This document shows, in pieces, positions 1-8,583 of a DNA stretch of 64,000 bases; position 1 is the first letter of the stretch; each line of letters begins with the position of its first letter. The position numbers and the translations under genes were made by a program. A model generated the notes under the pieces. It had not been told where the DNA came from and made no database searches. It saw nothing but the letters and a program-made list of their open reading frames with translations. Origin of the DNA: an uncultured Chloroflexota bacterium (GTDB taxonomy: Bacteria; Chloroflexota; Dehalococcoidia; Lucifugimonadales; UBA826); NCBI GenBank assembly GCA_913045625.1, contig CAJWPE010000002.1:1729-65728 (forward strand). Reading direction: 5' to 3'.

Positions 1-133
1 TCAATGAACCAGATATGTTTACTAGTAGAATACTAATTAAATTAGATTTGAAATATCCTGCTGTAAGTATAGTGATTCCATACCTTGAAACAGCACCCAA
101 TGCACCACCAAATGCTACTAAAATCCAATTCAT
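1..133 (-). CDS. crcB: Fluoride ion channel CrcB/FluC, N-terminal ~44 codons (gene runs off the window start)
   Basis: Not in the ORF track because it is truncated. Reverse-strand ATG at 133-131 reads MNWILVAFGGALGAVSRYGITILTAGYFKSNLISILLVNISGSL. GG-x-GA-x-x-RY and VN-x-x-GS are CrcB signature stretches. The ATG overlaps the trxB stop (ATGA, 133-130). Confidence 0.7.
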   Translation of the reverse strand, partial: MNWILVAFGGALGAVSRYGITILTAGYFKSNLISILLVNISGSL

Positions 134-1056
134 TTCCCCTCCATTTTAGCAATATGTCTATATGCTGAAATCGCAGCGATAGAGCCGTCACTAGCGGATG
201 TTATTAATTGTGAGAATGATTTGTTTCTGATATCTCCTGCAGCAAATATTCCCGGTTGGTTAGTATTTAAATTTTCATCAGTAATTATGTGCCCTGATTT
301 ATCAGTGGCAACAAGATTGTTGAAATGTTGAGTATTAGGATCTAACCCTACAAAAATAAATACTCCATCCATTCTTGTTTTTGTGATTTCATTATTGGAT
401 AAATTGAGAATTGAAATTTGCTCTACCATTCCATCACCATGAATTTCAGAAATCTGTACATCGTATTGCACAGAAATTTTTTCATTTGATGCGATTCGAT
501 CTTTTAAGATTTGTTGTGCATGAAGACTTGATTTGTTGCATAGTATTTGTATGTCTCTTGCAAATTCACTAAGAGATAAAGCTTCCTGTAATGCAGAGTC
601 ACCTCCGCCTACAACGCAAACTTTTTGATCAATAAAAAAAGCTCCATCACAGGTTGCACAGTAAGAAACTCCTCCTCCAATTAATTCGTTTTCTCCAGGA
701 ATATTTAGTTTTGATAAAGTAGAACCTGCGGCAATAATGATTGTTTTAGTTGTGATTTCAAATTCAGAAGATTGTATGAACCATGTGTCTCCGTTTTGTG
801 AAATTTCTGAAATTTCTGACATTACAAAAGTTGAACCATTAGATTGAGCTTGATTTTTAATCAACTCAGTGAGATCTGCCCCTGAGATACCTTGTGGAAA
901 CCCTGGAAAATCTTCTATTTTTTCTACATTAATTACTTGTCCTCCAGGTATTAGGTTCTCTACAACCTGAGTTTTTAATCCTAATCTAGAGGAGTAGATT
1001 GCGGCAGTCATGCCTGCTACACCTGATCCGATTATGACAACATCAAATTTTTCCAT
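130..1056 (-). CDS. trxB: Low-molecular-weight thioredoxin reductase family flavoprotein
   Basis: FAD fold IIGSGVAG, redox-active CATC, second Rossmann GGGDSA and C-terminal FAAGD. Collinear with E. coli TrxB. The HRRxxxR NADPH motif is replaced (see findings). Confidence 0.9.
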   Translation of the reverse strand: MEKFDVVIIGSGVAGMTAAIYSSRLGLKTQVVENLIPGGQVINVEKIEDFPGFPQGISGADLTELIKNQAQSNGSTFVMSEISEISQNGDTWFIQSSEFEITTKTIIIAAGSTLSKLNIPGENELIGGGVSYCATCDGAFFIDQKVCVVGGGDSALQEALSLSEFARDIQILCNKSSLHAQQILKDRIASNEKISVQYDVQISEIHGDGMVEQISILNLSNNEITKTRMDGVFIFVGLDPNTQHFNNLVATDKSGHIITDENLNTNQPGIFAAGDIRNKSFSQLITSASDGSIAAISAYRHIAKMEGK

Positions 1057-1120
1057 GACTTATCTCCTGAAAAATGTATAGAATTGTGTTGAATTATAAA
1101 ATATTTCTAGGAATGATTAA

Positions 1121-2299
1121 ATGAACCAATCTCTCAAAAGTTTTTTTACACATTTAGAATGTACATATTGCGGCCAAAAATTTGATAAAACTATTGTCAA
1201 CAGACTATGTGGAATTTGTGGGAAAGTTTTATTTGCAAAATATGATTTGCTGAGTGCTGCACAATTCATTAATCCAGAAATCATTAAAAATCGTGCTCCA
1301 AATATGTGGAGATATTTTGAAGTTATGCCAGTGATTGATCAGCAATATGTGGTTTCACTTGGAGAGGGATTCACACCTATTTTGAACTGCACTGATTTAG
1401 GTGAAGAAATTGGGATTAAAGATTTACTTATTAAAGATGAAGGATTAAATCCTACAGCTTCATTTAAGGCTAGAGGATTATCTGCTGCTGTATCAAAAGC
1501 TAAAGAATTAGGAATCACATCTATCACTATGCCATCTGCGGGAAATGCTGCTGGAGCCATGAGTTCATATGCAGCGAGAGCTGGTATAAAATCTTATGTT
1601 TTTATGCCTAAAGATGCGCCATTTGCCAATAAAGAAGAAGCGATTATGACAGGTGCCACAGTTGAATTGATTGATGGTTTAATTAGTGATGCGGGGGTCA
1701 TATCTAGAGAAAAAGCCCAACAAAATAACTGGTTTGATGTATCTACTTTACAGGAACCATATAGAGTAGAGGGTAAAAAAACGATGGGTTACGAAATTGC
1801 CGAACAAATGAATTGGGAAATTCCTGATGTCATTATTTATCCGACAGGTGGAGGTACAGGTATAGTAGGTATTTGGAAAGCTTTTGATGAGATGGAACAA
1901 ATGGGTTGGATTGGGCCCGAAAGGCCCAGAATGTATGCTGTTCAAGCAGAAGGTTGTGCTCCTATTGTAAGAGCTTTTTTGAATAATGATGAGTTCGCTG
2001 AGCCATGGGTTAATGCTAATACTTATGCTTCTGGCATACGTGTTCCATCAGCTATTGGCGATTATTTGATTTTAGAGGCGTTAAGGAAAAGTAATGGGGG
2101 AGCACTTTCTGTTTCTGATCAAGAAATGAAAAATATGACTAAAGTGATTTCAGAATTAGAAGGAATATTTGTTTGTCCTGAGGGAGCAGCTACTGCAGTT
2201 GCTTTGGAAAAACTTGTTTCTACTCATCAGATTAAATCTGATGATCAAGTCTTATTGCTTAATACGGGATCAGGATTGAAATATTTAGAATATAAATGA
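1121..2299 (+). CDS. thrC: Threonine synthase-like fold-type II PLP enzyme with N-terminal zinc ribbon
   Basis: PLP-lysine motif SFKARG, glycine loop PTGGGTG, and N-terminal CTYC...CGIC ribbon as in archaeal-type ThrC. Substrate not provable from sequence. Confidence 0.7.
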   Translation: MNQSLKSFFTHLECTYCGQKFDKTIVNRLCGICGKVLFAKYDLLSAAQFINPEIIKNRAPNMWRYFEVMPVIDQQYVVSLGEGFTPILNCTDLGEEIGIKDLLIKDEGLNPTASFKARGLSAAVSKAKELGITSITMPSAGNAAGAMSSYAARAGIKSYVFMPKDAPFANKEEAIMTGATVELIDGLISDAGVISREKAQQNNWFDVSTLQEPYRVEGKKTMGYEIAEQMNWEIPDVIIYPTGGGTGIVGIWKAFDEMEQMGWIGPERPRMYAVQAEGCAPIVRAFLNNDEFAEPWVNANTYASGIRVPSAIGDYLILEALRKSNGGALSVSDQEMKNMTKVISELEGIFVCPEGAATAVALEKLVSTHQIKSDDQVLLLNTGSGLKYLEYK

Positions 2300-2306
2300 G
2301 GTTGAA

Positions 2307-4160
2307 GTGTTTGTAATTGGAACAGCTGGCCATGTAGATCATGGAAAATCTTCCTTAGTAAATATATTGTCAGGAATTGATCCTGATAGATGGCAGGAAG
2401 AAAAAGACAGAGGAATGACTATAGATTTGGGGTTTGCTTGGTTTGAGCTTCCAAGTGGAAATGAAGTGAGCATCATAGATGTGCCTGGACATGAAAAATT
2501 TGTAAACCATATGTTAGCTGGAGTAGGTGGAATCGACCTCGCGTTAATGATAATAGCTGCAGATGAGTCAATTATGCCCCAAACATTAGAGCATTTTCAT
2601 ATTTTAGATTTGTTAGGAGTTTCTAAGGCAATTGTTGTCCTTACTAAAACAGATTTAGTTGATGAAGAATGGTTGAATTTGATAGAGATAGAGTTACAAG
2701 ATTTTTTAAACGAGACTAATTGGAAGGATTCCCCCATAGTTCCATTATCAAATCGTACTAAAGAAGGATTGAATCAATTAATTGATGAAATAGATAAGTG
2801 TTTAAATTTAACTAATCCTCCAAAAAATATTGGGTTGCCAAAAATATATGTTGATCGCTCCTTTTCAGTTAAAGGTTTTGGAACTGTTATTACAGGAACT
2901 TTGATTAATGGATCTATTCAAGTGGGAGATGATTTAGAAATAATGCCTCAAGGAATTAAAACTAAAATTAGAGGTATACAAGCTCATCAATCAAACCATC
3001 AAGAAATTAACCCTGGAACTAGAGTTGCTCTAAATTTATCGGGGATTGATAAAAAAGATATCTCTAGAGGGGATTTATTAGTAAAACCTGAAACTACAGG
3101 TAACACAGAAGTTGTAGATGCATCCTTTGAATTATTGAAAGAATATCCCAATGAACTTCGACATAATATAAATGTAACTTTTCATGTTGGAAGTAGAGAA
3201 TTATTTGCAAAACTAAGATTACTTGAAAAAGATGTTCCAGTACCTGGTAAAGAACATTTTCTTCAGTTTAAATTTGAAAATCCACAACCAATTTCCAAAG
3301 GTGAAAGATATGTGATTCGCTCTAATATGAAAACCATTGGTGGTGGAATTATTTTAGATTTAGATGCTAAACGACATAAACGAGGGGATGATAATTTAAT
3401 TGAAAAATTAGCTTCTCTGAAATCAGGGTCGATTAGCCAAAAAATAGTGAATGTATTATATGAAAAAAATATAATGACATTTAATGCATTTTTGAAAGAT
3501 ATCGATATTGATTTTGATGAATTAATTCAAGTGATTGAAAGATTAAAAAAAGAATCTGAGTTGATTCAAATTGGCAATTCTTATACGGAATCTGAGTTCA
3601 TTCTTTCTCAATATAGATTAGAAAAAATTAAAGAGATTGAAAATAGTCTGATTTTATTTCATAAGGAATTCCCACTAAGAAAAGGGATTACCGCTCAATC
3701 ACTTAAAATTGATTTAGGCCTCAATGAAAGAGTTTTTACGTATCTGATCGAATTCATGAAAAATCATAATATTTCTGAGATTTCAGGCAATATTGCAATG
3801 AAAGATTTTGTGCCTGAATTGAATAGGATTCAATTAGATTTTGTTACAGCTATGATAGAAAATTTGAATATAGACCCATTTAATTTACAACACATTAGAA
3901 AATTTGATCATGAAATTTTGAATTTTCTTTTAGTACAAAATATATTGGTTAAAATTGATGAGAACTTTATAGTGACGCAAGAATTTTTTGAAAATATTAT
4001 TAATTCAATTTCTCAACATATTCAAATAAATAAATCAATTACAGTTGGCGAATTCAGAGATTTATTCAGTACAAGTAGAAAATTTGCCTTATTGATTTTA
4101 GAATATCTGGATTCTAAGCAAATCACAAAACGAGTAGGGGATGCTCGTATATTAAGATGA
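2307..4160 (+). CDS. selB: Selenocysteine-specific translation elongation factor SelB
   Basis: G1 AGHVDHGKS, G3 DVPGHEKF and TKTD. The N-terminal 130 aa align residue-for-residue with E. coli SelB, followed by a long C-terminal winged-helix-type tail. GTG start lies 5 nt after GAGG (2298-2301), which overlaps the thrC stop. Confidence 0.9.
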   Translation: MFVIGTAGHVDHGKSSLVNILSGIDPDRWQEEKDRGMTIDLGFAWFELPSGNEVSIIDVPGHEKFVNHMLAGVGGIDLALMIIAADESIMPQTLEHFHILDLLGVSKAIVVLTKTDLVDEEWLNLIEIELQDFLNETNWKDSPIVPLSNRTKEGLNQLIDEIDKCLNLTNPPKNIGLPKIYVDRSFSVKGFGTVITGTLINGSIQVGDDLEIMPQGIKTKIRGIQAHQSNHQEINPGTRVALNLSGIDKKDISRGDLLVKPETTGNTEVVDASFELLKEYPNELRHNINVTFHVGSRELFAKLRLLEKDVPVPGKEHFLQFKFENPQPISKGERYVIRSNMKTIGGGIILDLDAKRHKRGDDNLIEKLASLKSGSISQKIVNVLYEKNIMTFNAFLKDIDIDFDELIQVIERLKKESELIQIGNSYTESEFILSQYRLEKIKEIENSLILFHKEFPLRKGITAQSLKIDLGLNERVFTYLIEFMKNHNISEISGNIAMKDFVPELNRIQLDFVTAMIENLNIDPFNLQHIRKFDHEILNFLLVQNILVKIDENFIVTQEFFENIINSISQHIQINKSITVGEFRDLFSTSRKFALLILEYLDSKQITKRVGDARILR

Positions 4161-4532
4161 ATTTTTTTTTAATTTTTCAATCACTTCAATTAATTCATTA
4201 AAATCACTAGGGTAAATTTGACTTAATACAGTTTGAGTAATTATCTTTTTTGCCTCTTCTTCACTAGAACAAACATTTTCAATAGATTTTTGGAATAGAA
4301 TTATTTTTTCAGGGATTTGTTTTTCATACCCATAAGAATTTGTGTGAGGAATTTTTTCGTGCAGGCTAAGTAATTCTAGGGGGTTTTCTACGCCCGTTCC
4401 TAAAAGTTCATCAGAAGATGGTGTTGGTTTTAACTCAAATTCAATGTTTTGGCACTTTATCCTGATTGATAAATCTAACGCTTCAATAGATTCATGAATC
4501 AATAAGTTGAAATCAGTTTGAGTAAATTCCAT
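4152..4532 (-). CDS. Small acidic protein resembling the zincin_1 (DUF1025) metallopeptidase family but without HExxH
   Basis: Pattern F..L..E.I..L ... LLSLHEKIP ... IPEKIILFQKSI ... EEEAKKIITQTVLSQI parallels the family layout. The HEIGHH position reads SQIYPS. Family assignment is from memory. Confidence 0.4.
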   Translation of the reverse strand: MEFTQTDFNLLIHESIEALDLSIRIKCQNIEFELKPTPSSDELLGTGVENPLELLSLHEKIPHTNSYGYEKQIPEKIILFQKSIENVCSSEEEAKKIITQTVLSQIYPSDFNELIEVIEKLKKNSS

Positions 4533-4627
4533 AAACCCTCCAAGTTCAATTTATCATGATTTGTTGATGGATTCACTAATTAATATTTAATTAGTTGATT
4601 GTTTGAATCACACAATGTATTCTACCT

Positions 4628-4648
4628 GAGTCTACTAAATGTAGACTC
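4628..4648. promoter_or_regulatory. Perfect 8-bp inverted repeat GAGTCTAC-N5-GTAGACTC, candidate operator upstream of the thiolase-like gene
   Basis: Read directly. It sits about 11 nt upstream of a TTGTTT-N16-TAATAT promoter-like element. Confidence 0.3.
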
Positions 4649-4658
4649 GCGGGTTCAC

Positions 4659-4686
4659 TTGTTTTTGAGTTTCCTGGTCCTAATAT
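4659..4686 (+). promoter_or_regulatory. Candidate sigma70-type promoter (TTGTTT-N16-TAATAT) for the thiolase-like/DUF35 pair
   Basis: Hexamers read in sequence. GGAGG Shine-Dalgarno follows at 4693-4697. Confidence 0.25.
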
Positions 4687-4706
4687 ATACACGGAGGTAT
4701 TAATAA

Positions 4707-5849
4707 ATGACCGATTTAAGAAAAACTGCTGCGATAGTTGGTGTTGATGAATCAGATGAAATAGGTAAAGTTCCTGATAAGTCTAATTTGCAACATCATG
4801 CTGAGGCAGCTCATAACGCTCTAGCAGATGCAGGGCTTTCGTTAAAAGATGTTGATGGACTATTTACAGCTGGTACATCTACTTTGCAATTGGGAGAATA
4901 CTTAGGAGTTAAACCTTCTTTTGTTGACACTACTGCAGTTGGAGGTTCATCTTTTATTATTCACATTGCACATGCAATTGCAGCCATTGATGCTGGATAC
5001 TGTGATGTAGCTCTGGTTACACACGGTGAGGCCGGAAGAAGCATGAGGAGTAGGCCTGGTGGAAACGCATCAGATCCTGATCCACAATATCAAACCCCAT
5101 ATGGTTTTATTGGTCAACCAGTTGCATATTCTATGGCTGCGCGCAGGTATATGCATATGTACGGCGAAGATAAAACTAGGCAAGGTATGGCAGAAATTGC
5201 AGTAGCTACTAGAAAATGGGCATTAAAGCATCCCAAATCTTATATGAAGGATGAAATGAGTTTTGACGATTATCATAATTCACGTTGGATCGCTTGGCCA
5301 TTTCACTTGTTAGATTGTTGTTTAGTAACAGACGCTGGTGGTGCATTTGTAATTACATCTGCAGAGAGAGCAAAAGATACAGCTAAAAAACCTGTATATA
5401 TTTTGGGTGCTGCAGAAGGGCAAACTCATGGAATGATTAGTCAGATGCCTGATTTGACTCGAACTAATGCTGTTAACAGTGGACCTAAAGCTATGCAAAT
5501 GGCAGGTATCACCCATTCAGATGTTGATCTGGCTATGATTTATGATTCATTCACTTACACTGTAATGGCTACATTAGAAAGCTTAGGTTTTTGTGGTCCT
5601 GGTGAAGCTGCAGATTTTGTAGCGAATCAAAGGACTGCTCCAGGTGGCGATTTTGCCATGAATACTAATGGTGGTGGTCTTTCTCATACCCATTCAGGAA
5701 TGTATGGAATGTTTTTGATACTTGAAGCTGTTCGACAACTTCGAGGGGAATGTGGTGATAGACAAATTAAAGATCATAATATCGCTTTAGTTAACGGAAC
5801 TGGTGGATCTCTATCATCTACTGGAACTACAGTTTTAGCGGTAGATTAA
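4707..5849 (+). CDS. Thiolase-fold protein (SCP2/lipid-transfer-type), nucleophile Cys not evident
   Basis: Thiolase-like layout: DCCLVTDAGGAFV, NTNGGGLSHTHSG and C-terminal NGTGGS. The expected active-site C-[AG]-S-G position reads AVGGSSF. Confidence 0.8.
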   Translation: MTDLRKTAAIVGVDESDEIGKVPDKSNLQHHAEAAHNALADAGLSLKDVDGLFTAGTSTLQLGEYLGVKPSFVDTTAVGGSSFIIHIAHAIAAIDAGYCDVALVTHGEAGRSMRSRPGGNASDPDPQYQTPYGFIGQPVAYSMAARRYMHMYGEDKTRQGMAEIAVATRKWALKHPKSYMKDEMSFDDYHNSRWIAWPFHLLDCCLVTDAGGAFVITSAERAKDTAKKPVYILGAAEGQTHGMISQMPDLTRTNAVNSGPKAMQMAGITHSDVDLAMIYDSFTYTVMATLESLGFCGPGEAADFVANQRTAPGGDFAMNTNGGGLSHTHSGMYGMFLILEAVRQLRGECGDRQIKDHNIALVNGTGGSLSSTGTTVLAVD

Positions 5850-5865
5850 TTATAGGAGAAAAATA

Positions 5866-6291
5866 ATGGCTTATAACAAACCAATTCCAGTTCCTCAAGG
5901 GGAATCAGATGTTTATTGGCAAAAAGCGAAACAGGGAGAACTTTGGCTAAGATATTGTAATAGCTGTAAGGAAGCATATTTCTTTCCTACTGATATTTGT
6001 AGAGCAATACCTTGTGCTAATCCAAGAGATACAACCTGGATCCAAGCATCAGGTAAAGCTACTCTGTATACTTTTGCAATTGTTGGATACGAGACAGGTA
6101 AGGCTCCGCATCCAGGATTTGAGGCTCCTTACGTGACTGCAATCGTTGAATTAGAAGAAGGTCCAACTATGCCTACTAATATAGTTATGGATGATCCAAC
6201 TCCAGAAAAATTACAGATAGGTATGCCATTGGAAGTTGTTTTTGAAGATATTACTGACGAAATAGCTCTTCCAAAGTTTAAACCTGTGTAA
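5866..6291 (+). CDS. DUF35 zinc-ribbon/OB-fold protein (thiolase partner)
   Basis: CNSC...CRAIPC ribbon followed by an OB-fold-like beta region. It lies 16 nt downstream of the thiolase-like gene, the classic pairing. Confidence 0.8.
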   Translation: MAYNKPIPVPQGESDVYWQKAKQGELWLRYCNSCKEAYFFPTDICRAIPCANPRDTTWIQASGKATLYTFAIVGYETGKAPHPGFEAPYVTAIVELEEGPTMPTNIVMDDPTPEKLQIGMPLEVVFEDITDEIALPKFKPV

Positions 6292-6299
6292 TGTATGTT

Positions 6300-6340
6300 A
6301 ATAATCATCCTGTGATATATAAATTCACAGGATGATTATT
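6300..6340. terminator. Bidirectional intrinsic terminator between convergent genes
   Basis: Perfect 16-bp stem AATAATCATCCTGTGA / TCACAGGATGATTATT with a 9-nt loop, T/A-rich on both flanks. Confidence 0.75.
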
Positions 6341-6345
6341 TGAAT

Positions 6346-6639
6346 TTACTTGCACAATTCGTACAATACATTGAATGGGAAAATTCCCGTAAAATGTCCA
6401 TCACTCCACAAAAATTGGATTGCATAGTTTCCTATCATCAAATGGTCTTCTACTTCTAAATCATTAGGTATGCTAGCTGGATCAAGAAGTTGCCTACTGC
6501 TCCATTCCTCCACACATTCAGCACATTGGCAACTAATTCTTAATTCTCGGCAGTCGTACGTGCACTCTTTACCATCACTCCATCTGATTAAAATTTTATT
6601 TCTATATAATCCAACTTTATCTATAGATAATTTATTCAA
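6346..6639 (-). CDS. DUF971 family protein (gamma-butyrobetaine hydroxylase N-terminal-like domain)
   Basis: 97 aa with a Cys cluster C-x-C-x2-C (CQCAEC) and WSDGH motif, typical of DUF971. Confidence 0.65.
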   Translation of the reverse strand: MNKLSIDKVGLYRNKILIRWSDGKECTYDCRELRISCQCAECVEEWSSRQLLDPASIPNDLEVEDHLMIGNYAIQFLWSDGHFTGIFPFNVLYELCK

Positions 6640-6755
6640 TATCTGATCCTATATTTTGATATGTTGACCAAAGTATATCCGAATGATAGTCTCGAATAAC
6701 ACCTTTTCACCTACTATCGTTTGTAGTTTTAATACAAAAGTAAATATGTAAATTT

Positions 6756-8504
6756 ATGAAAAATCAAGAATTATTAGATTTAAGATATAGAATGCGACAT
6801 TCTGCAGCTCATGTAATGGCAGATGTTGTGACTAAAATGTTTCCTGAAGTAAAATTGGCTATTGGCCCCCCCACGGATGCTGGATTTTACTACGATTTTC
6901 TTTCAGAAAAACCTTTTTCAGAAGAAGATTTAGAAACTATTGAAACTGAAATGAGAAAAATTATTCAAGAAGATCATCAATTTATATATAGTGAATATGA
7001 TAGAGAACAATTGATTGAATTGAATAGAAATGAGCCCCTAAAACTTGAAGTGATTTCTGGAATTTCTTTAGATGAAACACTTTCAACTTTCAAACATGGA
7101 GATTTTGAAGACTTATGCGCTGGCCCACATGTTGAATCTACTGGCAAAATTCTAGCATTTAAATTATTAAATGTTGCTGGAGCCTATTGGAGAGGAGATG
7201 AAAGTCGTCCTATGTTACAAAGAATTTATGGGACAGCATTTGAATCTGAACAGGCTTTAAATGATCACTTGACTCAATTACAAGAAGCACAAAAAAGAGA
7301 TCATAGATTATTAGGGAAACAATTAGATTTATTCTCTATTAACGATGATATTGGTTCAGGTTTAATTCTTTGGCATCCCAAAGGTTCTAGAGTTAGAAAT
7401 ATTTTTGAAGACTACTGGAGACTAGAACATTACCAACGTGGCTATGATTTGGTCCACACACCTAATATAGGTAAATCAAATTTATGGAATACTAGCGGGC
7501 ATTTAGAATTTTTTCAGGAAAATATGTTTCCAGAAATGGAATCTGATGGAATGGAATATTATTTAAAACCTATGAATTGCCCCTTTCATATTATGTATTA
7601 CAGGTCAAATTTAAGGAGTTACAGAGATTTACCTATGAAGATTGGTGAACTTGGAACTGTTTATCGATATGAGCGAGGAGGAACTCTTCATGGAATGATG
7701 AGAGTAAGAGGTTTTACTCAAGATGATGCACATATTTTTTGTACTGAAGACCAAATTGAATCTGAAATTGACCAAGTTTTAGATTTAACTTTTGAAATGC
7801 TTAATGCATTTGGGTTTTCAGAATTTTCATTAAATTTATCTACAAAACCTGAGAAAGCAGTTGGTAATAACGATCAATGGCAAATTGCAGAAAATTCTTT
7901 GAAAAATACTTTGAATAGAAAAGGTTTAGATTTTTCTATTGAAGAAGGTGGAGGGGCTTTTTATGGGCCTAAAATTGATGTAAATATTAAAGATGCTATT
8001 GGTCGTCATTGGCAGTGTACCACCATACAATTTGATTTTAATTTACCACAAAGATTTGGTTTAACATATATTGGTGAAGATGGAAAAGAACATCAACCTT
8101 TTATGGTTCATAGAGCTATTTTTGGGTCTTTAGAACGTTTTATGGGTATTTTGATTGAACATTTTGGCGGAGCTTTTCCATTATGGTTATCGCCAGTCCA
8201 AGTTCAAATTATACCAATTGCAGATCGTCACATTGATTATGCAGAGAATATTTTGAATCAACTTCAATCCGAATCTATTCGTGTAACGATTGACTCAAGA
8301 AGTGAAAGAATGAACTCAAAAATTAGAGAAGCTCAAATTAATAAAATTCCATATATGCTAATAATGGGAGATAGAGAAATAGAATCAGGTACTGTTGGAG
8401 TTAGATTAAGATCAGGAGAAGATTTGGGACCTGTTTTAATTCCTCAATTGATAGATCGAATCAAAAATGAAGTTCTTACAAAGTTCATAGATATCAAATT
8501 TTGA
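6756..8504 (+). CDS. thrS: Threonyl-tRNA synthetase (no N-terminal TGS domain)
   Basis: Editing motifs RHSAAH and CAGPH, KRDHR linker, class II catalytic core (YRYERGG, FTQDDAHIF) and an anticodon-binding C-terminus. Confidence 0.95.
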   Translation: MKNQELLDLRYRMRHSAAHVMADVVTKMFPEVKLAIGPPTDAGFYYDFLSEKPFSEEDLETIETEMRKIIQEDHQFIYSEYDREQLIELNRNEPLKLEVISGISLDETLSTFKHGDFEDLCAGPHVESTGKILAFKLLNVAGAYWRGDESRPMLQRIYGTAFESEQALNDHLTQLQEAQKRDHRLLGKQLDLFSINDDIGSGLILWHPKGSRVRNIFEDYWRLEHYQRGYDLVHTPNIGKSNLWNTSGHLEFFQENMFPEMESDGMEYYLKPMNCPFHIMYYRSNLRSYRDLPMKIGELGTVYRYERGGTLHGMMRVRGFTQDDAHIFCTEDQIESEIDQVLDLTFEMLNAFGFSEFSLNLSTKPEKAVGNNDQWQIAENSLKNTLNRKGLDFSIEEGGGAFYGPKIDVNIKDAIGRHWQCTTIQFDFNLPQRFGLTYIGEDGKEHQPFMVHRAIFGSLERFMGILIEHFGGAFPLWLSPVQVQIIPIADRHIDYAENILNQLQSESIRVTIDSRSERMNSKIREAQINKIPYMLIMGDREIESGTVGVRLRSGEDLGPVLIPQLIDRIKNEVLTKFIDIKF

Positions 8505-8520
8505 GATAATGATATTTTGA

Positions 8521-8549
8521 TTGATGCATTCCTATTACTGTGCTATATT
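8521..8549 (+). promoter_or_regulatory. Candidate promoter for infC-rpmI-rplT (TTGATG-N17-TATATT with TGc extended -10)
   Basis: Hexamers and the TG dinucleotide (8541-8542) read in sequence. Confidence 0.4.
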
Positions 8550-8583
8550 TTTTATCTTATGAAATAAATACGGGAGAAATAAA

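Noticed and set aside
1-133. A fluoride riboswitch ahead of crcB.
   Set aside because: The crcB start overlaps the trxB stop (ATGA). There is no leader in which a riboswitch could sit.
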